NCBI RefSeq assembly: GCF_037042905.1
Contig: NC_087252.1
Location: forward strand, 20,276,001-20,340,000
DNA: 64,000 nt
DNA from: Lytechinus pictus
Taxonomy: Eukaryota
Direction: 5' to 3'
The translations under genes were made by a program, and so were the position numbers. How positions within the stretch are numbered: the first letter of the stretch is position 1; each line of letters begins with the position of its first letter. Of this stretch, positions 1-13,941 are shown in pieces. The notes below the pieces were generated by a model. The model was not told the origin of the DNA, searched no databases, and worked only from the letters and a program-made list of their open reading frames with translations.

Positions 1-432
1 GAGAAAAAAAGAAATTAGGAAAACATTTGGTTTGAAAAGAAGCCACAAAAGGTATCAATATTTTGGCATTTTAAGACTACGAAGGCTGAGGATAAGCGGA
101 TATATCTCAAAGCAAACAATATCATTGTTAGTGGATACATGAAGTATAGAAAACATTACAGAGTACATGTCTAGTTGTAAATTTTCCAGGATTTCTTGTA
201 ATCACATATGAGTCTGCCAAAATCAAATATAAGAATTACTTTTCACTACATGGCAGTTATGACTTGAGAAGGTAGACTTATGCAGACACTATTGATATAC
301 GATTAGTTGCACGGTGGATCATAAAGCGAGTGTCGACTGTGATGTGTAGCATTTATTACATGGTACAGAAATCGCTCATTCAAGCAATTTCAAAAATTTT
401 CTTTTTTTACAAGGAAAAGTTGAATTGCTCAC

Positions 433-3400
433 TTGTTGTAGGCTTGTTCCTCTGGTGTCTGTGGATTAAGGATGGGGGTCATTAACCATGTCATCAAGGG
501 ATAACCAGAGTCGCCGAGGATGATCCCTTTCAGTTCTCCATTATTGTACTTGCGGTACGGTCTGCTATTCTGTTAACAAATTAATAGATGAATAAATCAA
601 AGTTACTAAGATATCTCAGGTTTATGGTGATGCTTTTCTAACAATTAAGTTCGCTTAATCTTGTGAAGATTTGGATTTTCCTTTCCATAATGATTTCTTT
701 TAGCAAGGATTTGTAATGTATCGCTTAGGATCTATGATCATATGCAAAGTGGCAATTTAAGTCCACAGCAATGTATATAGTATTTGACATTAAGTACAAT
801 AATACACTTCAAGAATACAATTGTACAAATCTAAGATGCAAATGATGCTGATTATTTTACCCCCAAAGAATAATTATTACCGTGGTGATAACTGATAAAG
901 GTCTGCAAGCGTAGACTATACTATGTTATTTCACATGACCACTAGGAGCTGGCTCCTACAAAGATGGTCACAGTGATGTTGTTGCAGCTAACCTAATATA
1001 TGTCTCTTGTACGTTACAAAGATCTGACTACTAGTATGTTGTTTGCCTCCAACATAAGTCTGTAATAATTACCTGAAGAACTCTGGAGTCGTGGGTACTC
1101 CCCGGCCATCTTGCAACGACATTGATTATCTGGAATTTTGTATTGCAAGCTAATTGGACATTGATGGAAGACCTGCCCTTCCTATTGGTGTAAACGTATT
1201 CGTCGGGGCCTAATGGGCAGCCATGAAGGCACACATGGGTACCATCAACAGCCCCTACCACTCTCGGAAATCTTGCAATTCTATAAAAATCCTGAATGTT
1301 GGCAGCTGTTTCTTCATCGGTCCTTGGGAACTTGATGAACTGTCAACACATACAGGATAAAGAAAACAAAAAGAATATTTAACATTATTTTGTGGAATTA
1401 AAGATAAATCTCTTTTATTGCACTGTTATGCTGAGAAAAAAAAATATTACACTTGTATATACTTTTGTTATTGGAATGTAGAAATAAATAAATCAAATTA
1501 AATCAACATTTCCCTTACGTGTTTATGAGAGTATGATAATCCACAAAGAAAGGGATGAATGATGTTGTATGAGCAGTGAAAATACAGCTTGAAAAGTCGG
1601 TGAGTTCAGAGGCAATGAGAAGAGAAGTAGCAACAACCCCAAAAATGTTTTCTAAAAGGATTTTCCTCAAGCAAGATAAAAGGGAGCAACAATATGAGGC
1701 AATGTTTACAACAAAGTTGGCAATCAAACTTAATGTTTGTATGTATTAAATTTGGGATGCCTTTGAAATTATATGCCCTGTATCAAAACAGGTACCATGA
1801 GCATAAACATTATGGAAAATTGGTGTCTGAATCCATTACATTTGGTAAAAGACAGTATTTCATAGCTTTTGGAATTTAATTTTTTTTTTTTTTTTTGGTG
1901 GGGGGGGGGGGGGAAGGCTGACAATAAAAAGGTTGCAATAAGATTGTTATCTTATATTTTTGAAAAATGTTATTGATAAAGTTGGGTGTAAATGCTCTCA
2001 CCTGAATCATCAAAGGTTATAATTATAATCACATGACTACTGCATATACACTGGCATTAATATAGGCCTTGATTATGATTGAGGCAGAGATGTCTGTTCA
2101 AAGACAGGTATAAAGCTCACAAATTCATTTTCATTTAATTTATAATTATTTTATCATTAATTACTATCATCATTTTTATTTTATTACTACCATTAATGTT
2201 ATTATGATTATCTTTATTATCTATTATTTAACCAGGCCCATTCTTATCATAAAGATGGCCGAATTATACTACAAATATTAATGTAATTATTTTCATATAG
2301 CATAACAGTATATAGATAAAGGTTACTAATTAGTAATAGGAGAAGGTAGTGCATGATGAGGGGTTTAGGGCTATCTCTGATAGTGCATGTTCCTGTTTTA
2401 TTACTATAGTCAGGGGCAGCGGAACAGTTTTCAAAGTGGGAGGGCTAAGCCAAAAGTGGGGGGAGGGGGGCTGACCATGCCAAAAAATCACAATTGTATG
2501 GTCATTTTTGCGTTTTTATACATGGTTTTGGAAAAAAGTGGGGGCTGAATCCCCCAAGCCCCCCCCCCCGGTTCTGTGGCCCCTGATTGTTTCATGCTTT
2601 GGTGAATTACCTAAAATCAAAATAAATAAAGAAATTTGCCAAGAGATTGGTTAGATACTATAAGTATTCTAGGCATGCATGAAACTAGCATGATTTTAAA
2701 ATATTTTAATTGAAGTAAAATTCCTAATAATTTAATTTAGCTTTTAGTTGGAACACTTAAATTGATTTGAAGAGACCATAGTATATCGACTTCATTGTAT
2801 TTTTAGTATCAGGGCGAGCACGATCGATAAGCTAGCTCCTATCTTCAACAATTGTAAACAAACGCCAAAAGCAAATTGGATGTCGACTCGAAAACCTCAC
2901 TTCTTCAAAAAGGGTTGGCTTTAGAAGTTATAAATCAATAATAGAATTACAAAAAAAAGAGAATCATTTAATGGTGAGTATATCATGTCAAACATCTGCA
3001 TTCATATTTTGGTTTACGGTAATAAATAATACTCCCAGTTGTTCCGAATAATTAGATTGATAAATACTAGCAGAACTTCAGAAGCGCTCACCAGGCATGC
3101 TCAGCGCATCCTGCGGTACAGCCCCGGCCGTGCCCGCCCGCTCGCTCTGCCCCGTCGGGCCGGCTGGATTACGGCTATCGGTAGGGATAGGGGTCTAAGT
3201 AATATCCATTTACGTTCTTTAAAAGTTTCGTGCATTAGCATCTTCTCTAACTAGACTCTATTGAGTCTTGATCTATGACATGTAAATCTAGAATTCCCTC
3301 ATTTATTTCTGCATTTCAGTTGACAAACTCTGAAACATACAATTTTAAACTAGAATTAGAAATCTAAGTTTTTATTAGGGACAACGGTACATTCGGTATT

Positions 3401-6400
3401 TGCTCTATCAAAATCCCTACATACCATTGCGAGTGCGTCGAGCGCGTCCGTTGATCCTACGAAGCCCCAATAATGCATCCCTCTTGACTGATAATTTCAC
3501 CCTAAATTGAGTTATTTCAGGTAGCTATGATATATTTGGCATTAAAAGGATCGGTAATTATTTGTCAGTAATTATTTAGTATTCTATATTTTCGAATGGC
3601 TTACCTCTACTTGTTCTTTGAATGGGAAAATATCGTACTTTGTCCTTGTATTCCACATGAACTGCAGAGTTTGTATGTGTATAAAGTCAATGGGGAAATT
3701 CAAACTTTTGCACACGCGACCCGTCACCATGACGTCACCAGGATTGCGTGTGAGCGAGCTAAGTTTGATTTGGGGGCGGCGCCCTCCAAAATTTAACCAA
3801 TAAAAATTCTGCATTTGCTGCATCTTTTGGGATTTTCCCTAAATTCATGTCTCAGGGACCGTCTTGGAAGTGCGTGCTGAGCTGTATAATCTTTTTGAAG
3901 GACCCACCCTTTTCTACTTAAAGATATTCAATTAAAACATCTTGGGGCCCGTTTTGGGACTTTTCATTCTTAAAAAAGATGGTTTTGAGACCAAGTCTTA
4001 TATCTAGATTAATTTAAGAAAAAAAAATTAGTGAATTTATTGTTAAATTTTAAAATGCAAAGCAAAAACCTCCATATGACGTGTACGTGACGTAATTATC
4101 GTCATGAAGTTGAAGATCGCGCGAAGTGGTGGGAGGGGCCTATCGCGAACGTAGACCATGTATTAGTCTTGATTCAGGCAATTTTTATGATTTGTAAAGT
4201 TCGTTGAAACTCTGTAACGTTGTGAACGGATATCATCCAAATAAAATAAATGAAAATAATTTTAAAATGTGAAAGGATGAAGGCTAGCACAATCTTTCTC
4301 TTAGGAACATTCAGCCCCCCCCCCCCTCCTCAGTTACAAATGTTAATCACGTGTAATCGCCGTGATACAAGGAGAGATGTTTTGGAAGGTCATGTGTGTG
4401 TGAGATATTGCACATGGCATAATGGCGGCATATACGTGTGATACAGGGAATTCTGTACAAGGATGTTTACACTTGTGTGTGAGAAGGTCTGTGACCGAGA
4501 TGGTGGCATGGGAATAATGGAGTTAGAGTGGATTAAAAAACTACGTGTGTAAAGCATGGACCTGTACGTTGCAACTGTACATTCGCTCTGGGGGCTAAAT
4601 CCCGGGGCTAAATTAAAATAGGGGAATCCCCGGTGTGTATAGCTTGATTAGTAATCAATTGTTAAGGCCTACTAAAGTATATTTTGTTTATTAAAAAATC
4701 TAAGAAATCAATGTTTTAATTTGCAATGTTTACGCACAATATATGTATATATGCCCTCTCACAATCACACACATTTAAGATTTTATTTTTAACAGTAACA
4801 TACTGATTGTTGTAAAATTAGGATACAAAAATTACTCTACGAGATGTCAGTTATTTTTTTATTTTCTAATGTATAGGCGGAGGGGGGCGGGTGGGTTCCC
4901 TCGGTCCTGCGCGCCCTTGCTCTTAGCAAAAATAAATAAATGGATATAAAAAAAAAAAAAATCCTAATTGGAGAAAATTTTCCCCAAAACGTACGTATCT
5001 CCTATCTCCTGAATTACAATAATAATTTCTGCCAATACCTGCAAAGAATCCGTTTACACCCCCCCCCCCCCCAAAAAAAAACCCTGAAAATTGGAGGCCA
5101 TTTATATGATTGAGTGACTTTTACATCCGTAATCTGCTTTTTTATGGGAACATTTTTCTAACACTTCGTCTATCATGCCCTGTCATGAGTGAAAATATAG
5201 TTCAAACAGGGATATACAATATCCCTGGTTCAAACATATGGACCTTTTAAAGCGTTGACAAAAAGTGACAAAAAAGTCACGCTATTATGGGGCTTTTATA
5301 CCAATGTAACCCGATATACATGTAAATAAATTAGGTATCCAATGCGACTGTCAAATTGAATTTACATCTGATTTCAAGGGATCGATGTGCCATAGGTCTA
5401 TATTGATTTTTTTTACACGGGGAGGGGGCCTACATAGCTCGTTTACATTTCTCGATTTGACTCCTTTTTCCGCCATGAGTCTCAACTTCCTACATGGGAT
5501 ATTATGGAGGATCGATGGGGTGGCCCTTAATTACCCCTTTTATATAGCTATCCCAGTAGAGGTCAGGGGTTGGATTCTGAATTAGGGTGGGGGTAAGGGT
5601 ATCATCATGTAACAACGATCAGACGAGAATACTCACTTGTTAATTATTATATGAAAAGAGTTGCCCCCTCCTTCGGTGTCCCTGGTCGGTGCCGGTGAGT
5701 TTTCCAAAAGAAAAATATTCTGAAGTTTGCTATGGGGAACTCTTCGTCAATTTTGAGATATGACATTATTTCACTTATTTCACAAGTCATAATCATGAAC
5801 ATAATACAAACAAATATTACATCAGAAGAATTAACATGACGTACAAATCAGACATGGCATCATTTATTTAAATTGAATAATACGGCGAATAGAAACATGA
5901 GGGAACCTGCATTAAAAAGCAACGTTTTATTTCTTCAGTCTGCAGGATCCAAAAAAATATGAACTCTTCATGCAGGACAGCACAATAAAAATGATAATTT
6001 GATTACGTAAAGAAATGCCAAAAATATCACAACTGTAAAGAAAGTAATTTACATGGACTTTTTCGGAATAAGGAGGGTGTGAAAAAATAAGTTGTTTCTG
6101 TGAAGTTGCCGCGGTGTATACTTCAAAAGATCAATGAAAAAGGGTGTTGACAACAAAAAGAAAGTAATTTACATGGATTTTTCGGAATAAGGAGGGTGTG
6201 AAAGAATTTGTTTCTGTGAAGTTGCCGCGGTGTTGACAGACATGAAACAGCCTGTCCGATAAGATCTTGGAAGCCAGACATTCCGTCGTCTTCGGTAGGA
6301 ACATTTCATGAGATAAAATGAGTCATGTTTTTTTTTTGCGTTTTCACTTCTGATTGGGTCAAAGCATTCATGTGCTGACCAGTGAAAAGCACCCCTTTCC

Positions 6401-9189
6401 ATTGATCTTTTGAATGATCCCATGATGGGTTAGTGTGTTCTAGCCTGAATTATATAACACGAGAATACCCCCAGGGATCCCCGAGCTGGTTGTACCCCTG
6501 CCTTTCCGTTCCAGGGAATACTCCAGATGGACGAGGGCATTTACCACATCAGGTAAGAATCATCCATTACAATTCATAATTATTAATATGTAATTCAAAT
6601 GTTATTTTCCACTGCGGAAATGTTCAAACCTAATGTATTTTTATGTTATAGAGAGAGAAATCGAAATAAACATCCCTAAACCTCACTTAAATTATTTTAA
6701 ATTGCAGTATATACAAATATTAATTTTAAATGTTCTTAATAACTTGATTCTTTTCCATGAAAACATTTTTTTTTCATACACTGACCCACTCTTTCAAAAA
6801 AAAAAAAAAGGGAAGATACGTCCCGGTTTACGTCGTTATATATAGGCATACAGAGATAAGATCAATGGCTTTTACCGTTATCTGAGATTTTTTTTAAATC
6901 ATGTACGTATATAAAATAAAAAAGAATATATAGGGGGGCGCCGAACCCAAAATCCCAACAATTAACTTAAACTTTTCCTTCAACCCTGCATGATGTCACT
7001 CAACACCCCCTCCCCACTCCCCCCCCCCCCAAAAAAAAAGATAGCAGTTACCGAGGAAAAAAACATTCATGAGCAAGGTCGACATCCCGTCCTCTTCGTA
7101 AGTGGGAACAATTTCACGGGAGAATGCTAATGGTAGAGACTGGGAGGTAGTTTTATTTTTCTTGGGGGGGGAGGTAAGGCGACCGTAATCAGATCGATAA
7201 AAATATCATAACTGTCTCTACCACCCCCCCCCCCTCTTTCCTTATTTTTACGAGCGTGTAACACCTCAGTCACATTTTGATCTGATTTACGGCGGCCGTA
7301 CGGTGGTCGAACACAGCCGTTTTATTCATTTCTATTCAAACTATTAGTAACCAACCCACCTAGTATGATATAGCTATTTTTTAAAATCTTTAAAACGGCT
7401 GTTTTTTTTATTCACCGTTCTGCCACCATAGAGCAAATGTGACTGTAGTGTATCTGATATAAAAAGGAAACATTTACAGAAAATAACAGAAAAGGAAGAG
7501 GAACAAAAATAACCTATATAAATCCAAACAACTGACTCTTTTTCTCCATAATGTCCCTCAACGCCCCCACTCCCAAGACAGAGCTCCCTGTCCAGAGCAT
7601 TCTCCCATAGCGTATTTCTTTGTTACGTACGAAGAGGGGGGGGGGGGGAGAAAAAGAAATATGAGAACATGATCGAGTAAGGTCGACATTCAGTGGGAAC
7701 AATAAAGGTGAACATATTCTCGTGGGAGAATGATCTGGTAAGGACAGCTAGGTGTGGTTTTTTCTGGGGGGCGGTAATTAAGATCGAAAAATGAAAAATA
7801 AATAATCATCACTATTTTTTTTTGGGGGGGGGGGTAGGTATAAAAAATTTAAGGGGGTTGAGTTGAGCCCCTGTTACCCCCCCCCCCCCCCTCCCCCGCG
7901 TACGCCACTGGAGCCTGCAACAGGCCTCTACCTCGGTCACATTTGTTTATACGACGGCCGTTTTATTCATTTTTATTCAAACCACGGATCTATTTAAAAT
8001 GTTAAGACGGGCGTTTTTTTTTTACTCGTCGGACGGCCTTTGCATGAGCAAATGTTCCGAGGTAGTAGGTTGCCAAAATTAAGAGACAGAGCTCATGACA
8101 TGATTATCAGTTCGATGAATTAGATGTCAAATATCACCATACTCTAGATCAAATTTAAAGTAACTTAGTAAGGAATCAAATCATAACAATGCAACAATAA
8201 TCTAACAATAAAAATATCTGCATTCTGCTCTTCTTCGAGCTTGATGACTTCACAAATAAATGGCACACAAGCAATATCTGAAAACAATTTAAATACTACT
8301 TTTCCCTCTCTGTTTTCTCTCATTTCCTTGACTCACTCACGCTTTCTTTCTGTTCTATCAATGTTCGATGGACGTACATTAAAAGTGACTTTAACTGGGT
8401 GGAAATATTTCGGGACCGAGATCATTTATTGAATAACGGCGCGGGACAGCGACGTCTTTTACAAGACTATATTTTGGGGTCATCGGACTTACGCGATGCG
8501 CCAGCGCGATCACCTGATATTTTCGCGCAGCTGTCTCCGTCCCAAACTGTCTAAAACTGGCCGCAAAGCTTTATTGACACAAAGCAGCGCGGACGGAGTC
8601 AATGGGGAAATTGAACGTTTTGGGCCAAGTTTGAACCCTTTTTTTCTAATTTCATTTACATGTTGGAATAACAAGACTTGTCTGAATGGTTTAGTACCAC
8701 TTATTTTAATCAAGTAAGTGATTTTAATATTATAAAACGAAGGAGATTTTTTTTTGTTGTCTTCATTGGGGTCCCTATTTTTATAGTGATGATCATGATG
8801 ATGAAAATAGAAAAGTTAAGAATAATTACCTGGCTCTTGTGTTCACACAAGGCTTGAGAGACCCTGTGGATTACTCTAGACACAGTGCTTCGGTGAATGC
8901 GATGGATGTTGGCATCACTTTCTAATACCGATCCGGTCGCGAAGAAATTGAGGCTGATCAAAACTTGGAGTGTCGGGTGGATTGCCTGGTTGCGTTCGGT
9001 GGGTGGTGCGATTTGATTGGTAAGAAGATTGATTATGAAGAATATTGCCTCGCGACCGAATCGGTACCTCTTCAGCAACTGTGTCTCGGTGAGAGAGTCA
9101 AGGGGTTGCTCCCTGTCTCTTAATACACGGCCAGGATGTGGCTGAACTTCCTCAGCTTCTGCTGCAGCTGCTACTAGTATGGCTGCCAT
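433..9189 (-). CDS. PIF/Harbinger DDE transposase (HARBI1-like), spliced, 3' end beyond window. Exons 9189-8830, 1339-1073, 569-433
   Basis: Exon1 MAAILV...RYRFGREAIFFI...LQVLISLNFFATGS...STVSRVIHRV (HTH region); exon2 FIKFP...FPRVVGAVDGTHV...NRKGRSSINVQ...WPGSTHDSRVLQ; exon3 ...IILGDSGYPLMTWLMTP...EEQAYN. Introns are GT..AG with consistent phases (0,0) and there are no internal stops. Confidence 0.93.
2411..2585. mobile_element. MITE with CAGGGG...CCCCTG ends (hAT-like); related copy at 48465-48613
   Basis: Short TIRs; internal sequence (ATGGTCATTTTTGCGTTT...CATGGTTTTGGAAAAA) matches 48465-48613 in reverse orientation. Confidence 0.6.
6039..6235 (+). repeat. Local direct duplication (~75 bp, two copies)
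   Basis: AAGAAAGTAATTTACATGGA(C/T)TTTTCGGAATAAGGAGGGTGTGAAA...GAAGTTGCCGCGGTGT occurs at ~6039 and ~6159. Confidence 0.8.
7261..7452. mobile_element. Hairpin MITE (ACCTCGGTCACATT family), copy 1
   Basis: TIR ACACCTCAGTCACATTT / AAATGTGACTGTAGTGT; related to 7929-8064 and 61024-61161. Confidence 0.65.
7929..8064. mobile_element. Hairpin MITE, copy 2
   Basis: TACCTCGGTCACATTTG ... CAAATGTTCCGAGGTA. Confidence 0.65.
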
Positions 9190-10606
9190 ATTGTTGCTAT
9201 GGATTTACTGCAACTTGCGTATGATCACTGATCAAACGCAAAGTTGCGTTTGATCAAGGAGAGTTGCGCTTGATAGTTGCGTTAGAAATCAAACGCATCT
9301 CTTTTCTGCAACAGAGTTGCGATCTAACGCAAAGTTGCGTAAGATTCAGGGGACTTGCGTTTGATTTTTGGAGTTGCGTTTAAACGCAACTCTTTCTGCA
9401 ACGGGCCCCTGATCTCTAAAGCCGGGGTGCGATTCATCGCATCCGTTGTTATAATGAACCTCTGACTGATTACGAATGTTGTTGCTGATTAGGCGTATGC
9501 AGAGCATCAGAAAAAAAAAAAACAAGTCCAGGAAAACTGTTCCTTTGTAAATGAGATACGCCTTGGTATATAGTTGCTAACGTGATCAAATGAATAGTTT
9601 ACAAACTCCAATGCTCTTATCGTTTAACGAAATTCAAGCCGCTATTCTGATTCACCTGTGTTCACAAAGAAAGGTTAACAGAATGATGGCTCTTCATCAT
9701 TATATGACATAAATGTTCATTATCTTTTGAGCAGGAAACTCTTCAGTTGATTTTCTCAAACTGCTAATGAACCTTTACCTTTCTTTCTTTCTTTACATGA
9801 CAACGAATTCAAGGACCAGAATTGGCATCAGCAACAAATCTAGTCTCGTGGCATCCATTTACGGGAGGAGTTCGTGTGCCGTCGTATGGGATCGGAAAGT
9901 ACAACCTTACGGAAGACTTTTCCTTAGTGATCCATGACGTCGAGGATGATGACGCAGGACGGTACATATGTAGACTATCCGACTTCAGAGGTTATGAGCT
10001 CAGCAATCACACTGTGGCCACAGTTAAAGGTAGGAACCGATGCTAATTGTGTCTCTCATTATGCTCATTAATAAACATAATATAAATTATCAATAAGAGA
10101 ACAAAATTATATTGAAACTGTGCTATTAGTATACGAAAATATGAAAAGGCTGAAAATAATATGAATTGAACAGATATAGACAAATTATTCAAACAAAACA
10201 CTGAAAATTTCATCAAAATGGGATAAAGAATACATTTGAAAGCTTTGCAGTATTCCGGTGAAACAGTTCTAGGCATGTCTTCTTGAATATTCAATGAGCA
10301 AACTGATGATGTCATATCCCCACTTGTTGTTTTGTATTTGTTATATAAAATTACATTTATTCAATTTTTCCCCCAAGAACTAACAAAAGATGGATTGAAA
10401 CGAATTTAATGCATGAGATATTCATTCAGCTGCAATTTATTCATCCTTAGAGAGACGTATTATTCAGACTTGTGTGAAAAATGAATTAATTTTGATTCCG
10501 TAATAACATAAAAATCAAAGTGAGGCTATGGCATCGTCAGTCCAGCTAATGAATATTCATGACGACCTGCATATCCATATAATCTTGATAGGACATTCCA
10601 GTTAAA

Positions 10607-11227
10607 CCCCCATTCCACAGAGAGCAAGACCTCTGAAAGAATGCTGTAAGACCATGAAACTTGCTTGATCAATCAAAGGTCTTTCAACGAAATTTCATAG
10701 ATATCTGAGGTCTTTTACGATTCCTGGTGGATCTTAAAGTGGTCTTCATGGTCTCCAAAACTTTTTGAAACGGTTCAAAACAGTCTTTCAGCAGTCTTTT
10801 AGCAAAAATGGTCTGTTGATGGTCTTTCAGTGGTCTTTCAATGAACTTTTAAGGTTCTTATTATTCTTTCCATGATCTTTCGGCAGTCTCTCAAGATTTT
10901 TGCGGAGATCACTGTAAGACTCATGAGAGATCATTGAAAGCTCATTCAAAGATCATTGAAAGACCAGGCAAAGTCCATCGAAAGAATTCTGAAAGATCAC
11001 TTGTTGCATAAAATATCTCTGAAAGACCATCAAAAGATCTCTATAAGACTAGTCTAAGCCCAGTAAGACAAAAAGTACCAATCACTTTATCAGAGTTCTT
11101 TGAGGGATCTTTTTGAGCCATTCCACAGGGATGACAAGTTTCAGTGATCTTGAAGACTGCTGTAAGACCTTGCAAATATTTGGTCTTTGAAAGGTCCTTC
11201 GAAGGTCTCACTTCTGTGGAATGGGGG
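10607..11227. mobile_element. Non-autonomous TIR element in Ig-gene intron
   Basis: TIR CCCCCATTCCACAGA / TCTGTGGAATGGGGG; interior made of many AAAGACC/GGTCTTT/AAGATC motifs in both orientations. Confidence 0.75.
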
Positions 11228-11780
11228 CCTTGGCGATTAATCGCTAACCGGTGCTTAACGTGGCCCATGAGTATGTTTCACCGATGTAACTGTGCCATGA
11301 TAATATATATATTGTTACAGTTTATGTGATCTTCACTTGTTAATCGTAGTTCCACCCCAGAAACCATTCCCAGCAATTGACCAATGCCCATCAGGATCGC
11401 CCGGAAGCGGAGAAAACCCGTGTACGCTGACAACCGAGATAGGTGACACGACTGAACTGACATGTCATGCTCGGGGTGCGCCAAGAGACGTGATCTCGCT
11501 ATCCTGGACCCTCAGAGGCAGAACTATCTCCAGCCAAGAACCGCACAGATATGCCAACCCCGACGGCCTGACGGAAGATTTGAAATTTACAATCGACGCA
11601 GCGCCAAGCACTGATCCGTACGTCTGCGCTGCCATTCTGCCGGCGACCACCCGAGAAAATGCGACCGCCAGCGTTATAGTGAAACCAGCACCAATCATAA
11701 CAACCACCGAATTTGTAATAACTACAAATGGAGATCCCGGTAATAGATCTTTAGGGAAAGGTATGGATTATGATATAGAA

Positions 11781-11955
11781 CAGGTGGGTGTTTCATAAAG
11801 ATGTGCGTAAGTTAAGAGCGACTTTAAGAACGACTGGTGATCCTTTCTTGTGGTACATGGTATTGAATTGGCGATGGTTTAGCGCTTAAGAAGGGTTCAC
11901 CAGTCGTTCTTAAAGTCGCTCTTAACTTAAGAACAGCTTTATGAAACGTCCCCTG
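11781..11955. mobile_element. Harbinger-type hairpin MITE
   Basis: ~65-bp arms (GTTTCATAAAG...TAAGTTAAGAGCGACTTTAAGAACGACTGGTGA and its reverse complement), bounded by CAG...CTG. Confidence 0.8.
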
Positions 11956-13941
11956 GGTATTGCAGATTGGGTATTCATAGCCAATCTGAAACGGGTTATC
12001 CCTACAATACGAGTTCTAAAATATATTGTATCACTTTGATTGTTATGAAGGCTTATAGCTATTTGTTACATAAAATGACTTGATCATGTAAAGCATATCT
12101 TGTTTATATTTTGTGCATTTTTAATCGTGAATAAAACCAAACCAACAGATGTAACCTCTATGTGATAATGTTGCACACGCTGCTGGGGAATTGATCATCC
12201 ACTGTAAAAGATTTGTAGGCAAGTACTTACAAATGGCACTCCATAGTTCAACAAAGTATTCAGACCACCGTTAAATAAATTGCAGTTTAAGATTTGGGTA
12301 CCTGTCAATTATATTTCTATTAGAAGGAAACCTCGTTTCTCTGAATGTTAAAAATTTGTATATATTAATATCAATATTAATTTTGTTGTACGTCAGTATT
12401 TGGAAACTGAATATCCAGCATTATTTTTGATCAAGTGACACGATGGTGTTATGTTCTTCGTGATATTGACTTCTATCGGCAAAATGATTAACAAACGAAG
12501 ATATTTTGTCACTTGGTAAACGAATTTTGCAAACCAAATGTCATTCTTATAAAGATAGAAGAAATTAAAATGACAAGAGAGCACAATCACCATATACGGT
12601 TCCGTAGCACCGGTCTTTCTTATTCCGTTATGATTATGTTTCTGACGTAAATAAAAAATGCCTGGACGAATCCCTTGACTTAAAAGCGTAGGGGATATTT
12701 GGAACACGGTCATGATATCTAATGATCATACCATTTTATTTGTTTCAGTTTATTTCCCTCAGTTTCTAACATGCGAAGTAATCATTAAAATTATTTTTGT
12801 TAATTGCAGTTGCCATCGCCATTATCGTCATCACCTTACTCATCGCCTCCAGTAAGTTGAAATAACTTGCCTAATACGCTTTCCAGATCCAAAAGTTTTT
12901 AAGAATAGTGTCACAACGAACGTCATAGTAATTCATGGAGATTCCATTTTCTAAATAAGTAAATGAAAACATGATGTACGCCATCGCGCGCACTTTAACC
13001 TTTGATGGCGATCTGTGATGTCGTCACTTTCATGGGAGAAAAAAGGAAAGTTGTTTGTTTAAAACACATCAACTTGTGTTATATCATCAAGCACACGATA
13101 AAGTCAAAGCTTAATATGATAAATGAAAACTTTAAAAGCATTAACTTTCGGATTTGCTTTGTTATCACTCTATGTAAAACTAATATGTTTAAAACTTTAG
13201 AAATATACATGTATCCTTTTTCAATCTTGTGTCCATGTCATACGAAATAATAACACAAGTACTCACATTTGTGTTCTTTTAATCTCAAAGTAATCGTCGT
13301 CTTCATTTGGAGGAGAATAAAGAAGAGTTATGAACCGTTAAATGGAGATAAGAAATTCATTAAAGGTAATATATCCGTTATACTTTCTAGTTTTTCTCAT
13401 GATTTATGTGATTGATAATCAATCATGGACGTCCAGTTTACCGCCATGGATAAACTCTTGATATATACGGAATGGAATTATTGAATTATATATTTTGCCC
13501 GGGTATTTTACGACCCAGTACCCATCATATTTCTGATTTGTGACCTTCTAAAGTGAATGAATCTTGCTCATGTTTTAGCTGACAACCATTTCGGTGAAAA
13601 AATTATTTCATGATTTTGATTGAGCATGCTGTTGCATTTAGAATTCCCATACAAATACCACGAATTCATATGGTACCATTAGTGGTAGCATTAATTTTTG
13701 TAGGCGAGGTTATTCTGGGTTTTTTGTCTAGAATTAAAATAAAACGGTTTTACTATATAGGGGACCACGATAAAGGAACTTGCAACGGGACTTGCATTTT
13801 CATTTCAGGCCCTGTTTCGTATTTGGAGCTTTGGGAGTTTGTCGGAATGTGTGACCCTCTGGTCACGAAGAAGATTGTAGAAAGGATGGTGGAAAATCTT
13901 CAGACAGACTCAGGATTCGACGTCGTGCCCCCTAAGGCTGA

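Larger units (their letters stand above)
1..9408 (-). mobile_element. Harbinger DNA transposon, right terminus at 9408; other end outside window
   Basis: Terminus ...TTTCTGCAACGGGCCC followed by CTG (CWG-type target). Clustered subterminal GTTGCG/AACGCAA motifs at 9210-9400, just upstream of the transposase ATG. Confidence 0.8.

Noticed and set aside
3085..3800. GC-rich patches sharing AGTCAATGGGGAAATT with 8597-8612
   Set aside because: Probably TE fragments, but I could not define termini or a TSD.
6515..6552. Possible + strand mini-exon (CAG|...|GTAAG) as the 5' exon of the Ig gene
   Set aside because: The ATG frame ends in phase 2, incompatible with the phase-1 Ig exon, and it encodes no signal peptide.
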